A DNA stretch of 64,000 bases from contig NW_024704743.1 in NCBI RefSeq assembly GCF_018977255.1, positions 16,060,001 to 16,124,000 of the forward strand, written 5' to 3'. A model generated the notes under the pieces. It had not been told where the DNA came from, made no database searches, and was given only the letters and a program-made list of their open reading frames with translations. This document shows positions 49,101-61,100 of this stretch, one piece after another; the stretch's first letter is position 1, and the number at the start of each line of letters is the position of its first letter. The position numbers were made by a program, and so were the translations under genes. The stretch is from Callorhinchus milii. Its lineage: Eukaryota.

Positions 49101-52100
49101 TGAACAGTTAAATAAAATAAAAAGTACAAAATGTGTTTATTACAGCTGCAGCTCTCTTGTGAGTTGTTGATGTAATGGTCCTACATTGTTTTGATTAGAA
49201 TCAGCTCATGGGTACCCAAGGACAGTCCCAGTTTGTATAAACCAGCATGAAAACACATATCAGGTGGATGAGATCATGTAGATTTGCACGGACCATCCTA
49301 ATATTTTTTTAAAAAAAGACAATTATCAAAGAGGTATAGCTTAGCTATGCTTCGTTCAGTCAGAATTGATCATCCCAAGTGTTCAGTTCGAGTCAGTGAG
49401 AGAGCGACTATTTCCCCTCCTCCAGGAAGGCAGAACTTCCACTCCAGGTTTTGCGACTCAAACCACTCGACCTCAACTGTTCCTGCAATTCCAGGAAAAA
49501 AGCAAAAGACAACAAGAATAGAAGAACTGCGATGATCCAAGAATACAACTGCAACACAACTGCTAGAGATTCAACTTTTGTCCTTTGATTCAACACTTGC
49601 TATTATCAACGTTCCAGAGATGAGACCTTTGGCTCTTTGATTCAATGGCCCCCTATTCCCAGCTCAACAGAGAGTTAACACTATTACTGTCAGTGCTTTC
49701 CAGGCTCAACAGAGTTGTTAATTCCACTACTGGCTGTTCCTTCAAACAAACCCAAGCAAAAGATATTTCCCTACTGTTTATGGACTTTGATATTGACTTT
49801 AATATTGTAATTGCGGTAACATTGATATACATGAGCATTGCAGCAAATATTGTTTGTCATAACCCTGCCTATTGCTGCTATGTTGTTGAACCGATGCAAC
49901 TTTTTTGCTTTATTAAGTAAACAAGGTTTAAATATAAAATGCAAGTGACATTGTTCCTCTATTTACGGGTTCCTAATATAACATTTTGACTAATAGAATA
50001 AGCTGGTGTTTTTGGCCCCAACTTTGTCCCAGACTACAACAATGTGGATAACTCCATGACTAACCTTGCCTTCATACCCAACATAGCCATGCTATATTTG
50101 AGTTAAAACTGCAACTATTTGGGGTTTAAAGTAAAATATTGTGTTTTCTCCTTGCTCCCTTTGCTTCCAGACTCTGCTCTCACCTGAGTGCTACAGGCAC
50201 TGAGTGTTACATCACCTCAGATCTGTTTTACCTAGAGGTCCAGTTGAAGCCCAGTGGGGAAGTGCAGGATGTCAAAGTGGCTCACTTGGGTGAGAACCCT
50301 GAGGTAAGGTCTGCCGTTAGTCTGCAGTAAATCGTGTGCTCTTTTTGTTGCATTGTAGTCAACTTGTGATAGAATCTGTTTATAATCTAGATGTAAATGT
50401 AGTTTAGGGCATAGCTGGTTGAAAACCTATTTTCAGCTGCGGATAAAAAAAAATCCTTGTTGCCCAGTGTTTGCAGCATCTCCTTTCTCTTTCATTATGA
50501 TGTTTCACAAAGCTTACTTGACTTTGTGAATGACAGCAGACTGTCTTGGATTTACAACATAATGTGTACTTCAGGACTAATTGTTTTTTGTGTGTGTGTG
50601 GAGAGGAAGGTTTGTTAGATACTTTATTGCTTCTGCCCTATGGAAAGGGAGGAAATTTTAAGCTATCACTCACATTTTCACATCTGTGTTAATCAATGTA
50701 GTTGTTTATTCTTCAGATAAATTATATTTTCCTTCATCTTAGAGCTGTCAAGTGTTGCTGCAGTCTTTAAGGTAAGTAAATTTGCATTCCTAGATAGTGG
50801 CAGATTGTTCATGATAATAGTTTCCCTAGCTTCCAAGGTGGGGTATTTATATGAGCTCACACTTATAACATAGTCCAAGGTAAACAGTATTTACCAAAAG
50901 CAGCACAACGACCAAAAATAAAAAAAACTGTAACACATATGCAATACTTAAGATGAACTTTAACACAACATGCAATCTTATACATTAAGAACCTACAGAG
51001 TTTCAATAACTGAAGCATTGACTGCCAGTATCAATCAATAGTTCCCAACACAGACAACCACAACAACTTGCATTTGTATATAGCGCCCTTCACGCAAGAT
51101 AGCATCTCAGAGCGTTTCAAACACCTCTTCTCTGTATCCCCCCAAGGGACCCTAACTCTCTCGTTCTCTATCCTTTATTCCTGACTTGTTCCTTGTTTCT
51201 CGGACTGCCATGCATCATTCTAATCATGACTGCTGTCCTTGTTCCATCTGTTTATCTTGTTGGTTATCCTTTGTCAATGTATCTTAACTGGCATGTTAGT
51301 CACAGCCCCTCTTGTTCAACCTTCATTCCTGGAATTATCTCTCTTGGCCTCTCTTCCTGGAACTAAATCACTTAGGGCACCTCAGGGCGAATGCCTCAGT
51401 GAGAAACACCCAACTGTTGGAAGACACTATCTGCTCCAGCTGCATCCCTCAAGGAAACATCCCACCATTAGCAGAACCTTACCTAATTCCTCAGTTAAAC
51501 ACCAAACTGTTGGGGGGCCCTATCTGTTTCATCCCTACTTTAGCTTCCTAGCTAAGCACATACTACATTCATTCATATTTTACAATACCTTGCAAAACCA
51601 TCAGCAACTTGCAATTATACAGTTTCTACCAATGTAGGAAAATATCTCTAAGTGATACAAATCACAAAGACAGAGTGGGAATCCAAGTATGGTGGGAGAA
51701 GGAAATGGGGGGAAGGGAGGTACAGATTTAAGGTGCAATCAATGAGTTTTCAGAGGTGATTTTAGCATGAAAGACGGATGTAGAGATTTCGAATTTGTAT
51801 TAATTCATTTATTCAGGCAAAAGGATTTTGCAGAATTCACGAAGCATTTGAAGAGACTGACTGATCTCTATGACTTCTCTGGGAACAGGTACTGCATCTC
51901 ATTCTATGGCACTTTAAACATGCAACTTCACATTATCCACATTGCGCTGCTTAATCCTTGCAATGTATTTGTGTACTTGCTGTGCTTCCTCTCTTAGGAA
52001 AGTAGAGACAAACATTTATTCAGCTCTGAAGTCTCTGGAGATTGATCTCAACACGATGTCTGTCCTGAACAGGTAAGACCAACAAAAATGTAAGTATTTC

Positions 52101-55100
52101 AAAATAATTTGCTGACTAACTCTTAACTGTTTGCTCAACCATCATAGAGGCTGTGTTAGTTAGCAAAGGAATCCAGGTGCACAGATTGAACATTTGTTTG
52201 CAAAAGAAAAGCATTATTTAAAAATGAGACAGTTCAAAACGAAATGATTGATTCAAACTTCTCGGATGAAATGGAGAACAATTGTATTTAATGAGAAACT
52301 TTGAGAACCAGGAGATGTCATGTAAGGAAATACAATTTGCACAACAATCGGGCAGAGGAGGGGATTGACTCAGTAACATCCAAAAGTCTGGATGTGCAAA
52401 GGAAAAAGAATCAGCTGATAAGGAATCCAACGCTGAACCCATGGTTTGGTGCTGTGGAGTCTAATGATGCTGACTTGTGTTCTGTGTTTAATATTAGACG
52501 AGTAAGAAATGCTGGCACACTCTGCACCATACTCTGTGGATCTGTTGGGTATCTTACACCAAGGTGTGGAAGTAAGTAATGGCTACATCCTCCTAATCTC
52601 AAAAGCACGGTTTTAAAAACTTGGTGAAACTTCTTTTCAGAGAGATGAGACAAACGTTAGAGGACTGCGTATAATAATAATAAAACTGTTGCATTTGATT
52701 TAGTGCTTATAACTATGAAGCATTTCAAAGCCCTTTACTGTAATAGTAGTGAACACCCTTTACGGTGTTTTAGTAGTGAACATGACAGCCAATTTGTTCC
52801 TAGCAATGTCCCACAAAGGGCTATGAAGTGAATAATAATAATCCTTGCATTTGATATAGCACCTTATCACGCCTTCGAGACATCTCAAAGCACTTCACAG
52901 AATATATTGTGTATTTTGTGGGCAAAACCCTGCAGGCAATTGCACACAGCAGTGTCCCACAAACAGTTGTGGCTTGAGAATGGGAAGAGAGAGAGAGAAG
53001 GAATAACCAATTTTATCTGTAGGCCACTTAGCTATGAGCTTGAGTCCCAATAACCTTCTGACCCAGAAGCAGGAGTGCTACCAACTGAGCCAAATGACAT
53101 CTTCTTAGGTTCCCTTTGGTGTGTAGGCAAATAAAATGTGCAAAAATGACCTCTTTACCCATCTGATTTCTCCCCCCGCTGACGTTCCCCTCATCCATCA
53201 GCTGTTGCTCCTGGCTGCACTGATCTTGTGAGAGTAACTTACCAGGAATACAACATTTGCAAGTTGCAATAATTGATAAATTTGTCACAGACTTCATTGC
53301 GACTTGTGAGTCAGTCAAGGGAAACCACGTGGGTTTCCTATATGGAATACTGATGTTCTCAAAAAGACAAGAATCCATAGTTTTGTCCTCCTGGATTTTA
53401 CTGTTTGAATCAATCATTGCTTTATACTTGACATGGCTAATAAACATTATAACAAAGTTGTCAGCTTCTCTGAAATGGTCTATAGTGTAATGTGACTGTT
53501 GGTTTCTTAAGACTGTAGGTTTTGTAGCCCTGCACATCAGTTGTGAGATTTATTTGAACTCTCCTCAAAAAGGTCCTGATGACTAACTATTTTATACCAT
53601 TGCAGGCAGTCTTATGAGCTTAGAGTACTACATTTCCCCTTACGAATTGTTGGGACAAGGACTAAATTCACCATCAGGTAAAAGCAATGGGATGCATATT
53701 TAGAACTCTTTTGCCTGGAAAAAGTAGTATCCACTGAGTTGAAACAATCACAAGATTTGTATGATTGAAAGAAAGCCCTTCAGCCTCTCATCTAACTCTT
53801 TTAGAATACTCATCCTCCCATCACAGCATCAAGCTTTTTGTGTGTGTATTATATATAATATATTATATAACTTTTTATATATATAATATATATAATATAT
53901 ATATACAAAATATATATATTATACAAAATATATGTGTGTGTGTGTCTCCAATCCTGGCCTCAATTATCCTTCTGGGCAATTGGTTCTAGTCATTAATAGG
54001 TAAAGAAAAAATGTCCTGAAATTGCCCTTATAACTCTAAACCTGTGTCCTTATTCTGCTGTGTTGGTATAAAGATAATCCCAGGAATGACCCTCCTGTCA
54101 ATGATTTGGAAAGTGGCAGACCACAAACCCTTTAAGAAAACACATTTTTGCTGAGAGACCCAGAACAGGAAAGTTGGGCATTGTGGAGGAACATCTTGGC
54201 ACAACTGTAGTGGCGAGCAGCAGCTAACCCTTTCCTTGTGTGTGGAGCAATAGGTTGACACCTCAAATTCGGGCAAGTAGGAAAGAGAGACTCAGAGCAT
54301 GTATTGAATAAAAAAAACTTCAGATAATAATCCAAACATTTGATATAGCGCCTTATCACGTCTTCGAGACATCTCAATGCGCTTCACAGAATATACTGTA
54401 AAGTGAACAAAACACAAAATACTGCAGATGCTGGAAATCTGAAACAAAAACAGAGATTGCTGGGAACACTCAGTAGGTCAGACAGCATCTTTGGAGAAAG
54501 GAAAGTGAGTCAACGTTTTGGTTCCATGACCCTTAGTCAGAACATTGACTCACTTTCCTTTCTCCATAGATGCTGTCTGACCTGCTGAGTTTTCCCAGCT
54601 CTCTCTATTTGTTACTGTAAAGTAAATTGACTGTATATTTATCAAAGTCTTTTAATGCCAATTAGTCCTTTCTTTGAAGATGCACGTTTCTTCTGAACAA
54701 TTAAAGCAGGTTAAATATGGAGCCAGGAACAATGGGCCCAATCCCACAAAAATATTTTATAGTTTTAAGAATAACGAGGATAACTTGATCTCAAATTTAT
54801 ATACAAGTTACTGGAGGGGACAAATCCTTGCTTTTTTTGATAATAATCCTTGCATTTGAAATAGCTCTTATCACATCATTGAGATGTCTCAAAGTGCTTC
54901 ACAGAATACACTGTAAAGTGTTTTTTTGACTATTTTGTGGGCAAAACACAGTACCATAATTAACAGTAATTTGGGAGGTAGTTAAAATCAAGATAATGTA
55001 GGAAAGCTTACTGCAAGATAATAGTCTAATTCCTTTCTACACCACCTTCAAACCACCTGAAGATTGCCACAGAATGACACTGTGATCAGAGGAAGTTCCC

Positions 55101-58100
55101 TCCACCATGGAGAGAATCAAAGAATATTGAGGCACAGAAGTAGGTCAGACAACAACCCATTGTATCAGAACTGGTGGTTTTCTCCACCTGAATTATCTGA
55201 TCAACCCTCCTGCTCACTCGCTCACTCGCTCGCTGTTAACTCAGATCAGTAGCACATGTTGCACCAATCAAAACTGCCCTGTAACTCTTGGCAATGCTTA
55301 CTGTACAATTGATGGGTAATGTTGAACTCTTCTTGCATTTTAGAATCACGGTCACCTGGGATGAAAGTGTTGGTTACTGTTGAAAGAACCGCTGCATTAA
55401 ATCAACTCCAGATTGCTCCTATAGTTGAATTTGAGCCTGTGACTGATGGGTGAGTCTATTGCTGTATGATATAGAATGAGGACAAACCAGGTAATGAAGA
55501 AACTAATGCTTACAGCTGTAACGTTTCAGGTTGTTGAGGTTTCCCTGATTTACACTAGGTTTTTTTTTCTTTCTCCAATGCAGGAGTTGAAGGGAGTAAT
55601 TAATGGGATCAGCTTTGCTCTGGATCATGTCAGCACAAAGCCTTTTGCTTTTTTCCTGCTGTTGGTGCCCGTTCTTGGAAGGGGAGTTTCCACTAAGCAC
55701 TCAGGGAACTGGAATTGATGTGTAATTGGGGCAATTCATTTTGGTTTGAGCATCTGTTGCTGGAGATGTTGGGTTTGTCGGCATCATTATGTGACAGCAC
55801 AATGAATTTATTTGATAAAAAGGTGAACTGCACTAGATTAAAGATACTGCACCTCTTTCAGACCACTTCTCTGCAACGCCCAACAGGCCAACAGATCTCT
55901 TTTACTTTCCTCTTCTCTTTCTGCTTTTAAAACGGTTGAACAGGTAAATGTTAATTGTTTCAGCTGTTTTTAAATGAATAAATCGGCCCTTGGGTGGATC
56001 CTAAAGCATTTTCTCTGCTTACAAGAAGCCAGAAAATTCAATAAGGTACTGGTAACTCTCTCCACCTTGCCCCCTCTTTGCCCGTCTTCTAATCCCACCT
56101 GAAGACCTTCCTCTTCGAACATATCTACAGTGACTTCCCCTCTTTCCCCGGCTCACCCCTCAAGCTTCTCTATTAAGTGCTTCAAAACGTTACCCTGTGT
56201 GAAAGCACTATATAAATGCAAGAGGTGGTGTTATTGGTAAGGATACTTAGAGTAGGATGTTAAGAAAATTTCCCCGAGATCTTCAGGTTTACGTTATTTT
56301 CAGTGCTCACTTCCTGATTGTGTTATACACAGTAATAACCATTGTTACTCTGCAGCACTTCTAGAATCACTGCTGTGAAAGACAGATTTTCTAATATAAC
56401 AGCAGTCGAGGTTTACACAGAGTATTTCATTTTATTGTTAACAGTAGGTTAGGTCATACATGAAGTGAATGAAGAAAATTGTAAAACAAGTGATCTATGG
56501 GTTGTAGTAAAGTACTGTACTTGTTTCCAGTATTGAAAACCTGGTGAATTATGTTGTAACAAACAACTAGCGATTGACCTGGAACCATGGAAATTTACAG
56601 CACAGAAGAGGGCCTTTCAGCCCATCATTTCCGTGCTGGTTCTTTGAAAGAGCAGTCCTTTCAGTCCCATTACCTGCCTTGTTCATCTACTGCTGTAAAT
56701 TACTACTTTTTGAATATCCCTGTAGATGTGATTCAGTGCTGATTTTTAAAGATTAGTAAGTTCTTGCAAATCTAAATTGTTTAACTGCAAGAAGGGTTTG
56801 TGTTTTTAGTGTACTGTTCAGATCAGTATTGTGCAGAGTTGTTTTTTTTTAAATATGCTGTTCTGTTGTTTTCCAGTATCCCTTTGTTCCAGTCATTAAC
56901 TGATGGTAACAGTGCTGAACTCTCTGCTTGTTTCCTCTTGAAGTTTCCTCGCCCATTTCCCATGATTTGCAGTCTCATTCAGAAAATTCAGAGATACACA
57001 GGTTAAAGTTCAGTCTTTCAGTTTTTAAAAAAAATGTACTTTTGCTTTTAATTGGTTACTCACTTCATGGCTGTTTGTGGGACATTGCTGTGTGCCAATT
57101 GTCTGCCGTGTTCATCTACAAAATACACAGTCACTTGCAGTAAATCCATGTCTGCTTTCTATGTTCAGTGATGTCTTGATCATTTCTGAATCTTATCTTT
57201 TCTGACACAGGAATCTCAATACAAACTGACACACAGAAAGCTCCATTACACGGACTTATCGCACAGGCTCTCCTTTCTGAAAGAAACATTACTACAAATC
57301 CTTGGGAATCTATGTGTTTCTTTGTGGTAAGCATCCAGAAACATTAAATTCACAGACGTATGTCCATAAACCCACACTAAAACACTGTTTGTGATCTTCT
57401 CTGGTACTATATGCAGCGCTTATAGCTCTCTTTCTAAAAATCATATTATAATTCTTACCTTAGGTTACAAACATTTCTCAAATCTAACAGTCAATACTGT
57501 CCTTTAAAAGGTTTGTTAGCAAAAAATGTTGGAGGTGGATGGCTGATGTTACCTTTTTCTGCTTTGTATACGTTAATCGTTTCATTTTGTCCATAAAACT
57601 CTACATTTAGACCAATGCCCCTTAACTTGTATTTATCCCTATTAAGTTTAATCTACTGCTCCTTTGTCCATCCACTTAAATTGCTTAAATAACTTTGAAT
57701 CAAATCCCTACACTGATCACCTGACTGCAGAAATGTTTGGTATTACCATCAACAGTTGCAATCATGAGATATTTAATGTCTAACAGAGGACATGCATTTT
57801 TGAAGCTCAATTATAATCACTCGAGGGTAGCCTTTTTCCTTTAATTTAGCATTTGGTATTTTGTACTTTCACGAAGATAAATTTTATTTGCTTTTAAGAT
57901 GCAAATAGGTTGGTCGCTGAACGATTTATATTCTCAACTCGTTTAAAAATTCTCAAAAATGTCTGAGAGAATTATTAATGTAGTGACATCACCTGATGAA
58001 TACACGTCTATCTTGAGTGTACAATGTAAAGTTAATAATAATCCTTGCATTTGATATAGTGCTTTTCACGTCTCAAAACGCTTCACAGAATAGACTGTAA

Positions 58101-61100
58101 GGTGGTGAATTGACTGTATATTTGTGGGCGAAATGCGGCAGCCAATTGCGCACAGCAGTGTCCCACAAACAGTCGTGGATTGAAGCGACCAATTATTATT
58201 GTTTTTTTTCTTGAGGGATTATTATCAGGCATGTGGAGTAATGAAACTTGCCCAAGGTTTCACCCTGCCAGGAATCAAACCCAGGTCTCTTGCTAAGTTA
58301 AGTTGTGAGGATGATTGTTTTTTTCCCCAAAAGTCCCTTCCAGGTGAGGAACAGCATTGCTATATGCTTAATAAGGACTCCACCAAGCCAGGTGCCCTGG
58401 TTAGTAAGATTCCTTTCTCACATCCAAAGCAAGTGCCTGAAATATTGGAGGTCCTTCGACACCAAGCAGCCTGCAACACGTTGATTAGCAGTTTCATACG
58501 GGAAACAGTAACTGTGGAAGGTAAGTGTATATTAGTTTGTGGTAAAATGTTAACTGCACAGTTTGACAATTTGATTTTCTACAAAACAAAACTTAAAATA
58601 ACATAGAAATTAATTTGATACAGCATGAGTCCTATAATAGAACTGATATTTACACTGTGTCTGTTCAGGACTGGATCTAGATTTACTCTCGTTGTCGAGA
58701 TTATGCTTTATGCAGCATTTTAGAGTGTGCAGAATTGGCAAATTGTTGAACAAATAACATTTGTTTGCTGTAGCTCTTTTTTAAAAAGAAACTTTGGTCA
58801 CTCAATTCATGACTGCTTGTGGGACACTGCTGTGCACAATAGGCTGCCATGTTTCGCCCACAAAATATAGTCAATTCACTATTCTGTGAAGCGCTTTGAG
58901 ACGTCTCGATGTCGTGTTCAGGCGCTATATCAAATGCTATTATTATTAATTCAACAATGGAGCTCTCTGGTATTTCAGCCAAGTGATCATTGTTCCAGTG
59001 GAAGCCTACAGAATATTTGGCTTGGGAGGCATCAGATCTGAGCATGATCTGTCTGTTCCTGAAATCCACGTGTGTATGGTTTATACAGTACCAAAAATGG
59101 GGACCTGATTTTAGTTACCTTCCCCCAAGCCTATTCCTGACAAATGTGGTGCCTCTGTCTCCACCCATGCTGAGATGAGTTAACATCCTGTCTCGTTTTT
59201 TTGAGAATATCTGGGTAAACTCTACTGCGTTTTATAATGCATTGATATTAATTCTGGCAACATTTGTAGATTCTCTAAAGTGTAATGTTGAAGATGGTGT
59301 TATTTTGTTGAATACAGATTATTCTGAATGCCTTCATTTTGAAATTTACTCACTGAGTGACACCTGCATCAGCTTCACATTGAAGCATCCAACCGACGAG
59401 AGCCTAGTTTGTGGTAAGCAATGTACTGAAGATCAAAGGTTCCTCCTCTTGCAAGGGAAGTTAAATAGAATGTAGTTTCTGGAGTTAAAGGTTATTCAAA
59501 CGGTGAAACACCAAGTGGTGAAGGGATTTTGGAAGAGAGTTGCAGAGGGCTGGAGTAGTCTACTGCGCTCTCTAGAAATCCTTCTGCACGTGCTAGAAAT
59601 TGTGCTTCCTCTCTGCAAAATGAGTAGCAGGACAAGGGCGGAGATGAGAACTGCTCTGATAAAATTATTAACGTAGTAATCTAGCCACCAGTGTTTTGAA
59701 AGCATGTTGTTCCAGTCCTGCAGAATACCGTGCTGACAACTGTCTTGTCTAGTGACTGCCCCACCCATTTCACACCATTGATGATTGATCAGTCATTTTG
59801 CCTGTCCTCCGAAACGCTCTTCCAAAATCCCTTCACCACTCCTTTTTGCTCTCTACTTTCAAATCCTGCCCGAAGACAGGCCACTTTGTCTTTATTTTTG
59901 GATTTGACAAAGTTGACTATGGTAATGGATTCAATGTATAATGAATGAAGCGTGCCAATTGTTGGGATTTCGGACTCTCGGGATCGGAAGTCCCAACACA
60001 ATAGATAGAAAATCAGGTTACGAGTATGAAAATAAGTAGCCGTCAACAAAAACTTTGCACAGAAGTTTTGAATTTGGTTATCCATAGTAGATTTTTGAAC
60101 TCTTGCTTTTTTAAAAAAAATTATTACTGATTTGGACAAGACTATTTTTAGCAACATTTCCAAGTTTATGAACAAAGCCTATTCTTGCCATTTTATTCAT
60201 TCCTGACAGTTTCTTCTATCATTTCTGGAGCAATTGATCAGGAAGGTGCCTGTATATCAATTGATTCTACATTCATGGCATTAGATGAATATTAGAATCT
60301 ATTATTGGCTACAAATAGTCACTACACTTTAAAATTGTAAAGTTCTTTGGAACATCATGAGGATGTGATAAAATGGAGCCTCAAATACAAGGATTCATTA
60401 TTTATCCTCTTATCACAATCCCTTCAAAAAACAAATAATAATTTGGTCACTCAATCATGACTGTTTGTGGAACACTGTTATGCGCAATTGGCTGCCGTAT
60501 TTCGTCCACAACATACATTCACTACACTTTACAGTATATCCTGTGAAGCTTTCTGAGATATTTTGAAGACGTGATAAGGCACTATATCAAATGCAAGTAT
60601 TATTATTATTACTACTATTAATATTAGGTTCTACATTCGTAGTGGAGTTGCCACCATTTGCCATGACTTTTTTTTACTGGATTTCCTCATTAAGGAATCC
60701 TATTAGAAAATTCAATTATTATATTATCCTCTGATCTGCTGCTAAGTGCACATTGTCGACTGGTCAGGACATCAATTCCCACGATTCAAGTGGTGGTAGT
60801 ATTGGAGGATAGAGGAGGGGTATTACGAGTTAGGAAGTGACTAACATGAGTAGTGCAAATAAATCCAAGTCGTTTTGATAAGAAATTGAATGGAACTTGA
60901 GTATGTACAATAAGATTTATAAAGATGAGACTTATGTGAGTTTTACTGTCTAAGATACAATCCATTTCCAGAATGGTCCAAGATTTTGTAATAATAATAA
61001 TATGGATAGTTTGTGGATTACAACTACTTTGTTAAGGCACGGCCACACTCTGCTAATCAGGACGTTGTCCATATGTGTGCCTAGGAATATCTAAAGCTTT

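Noticed and set aside
53028..53537. 169-aa minus-strand ORF
   Set aside because: Intronic, overlaps a SINE-head remnant, and has no motifs.
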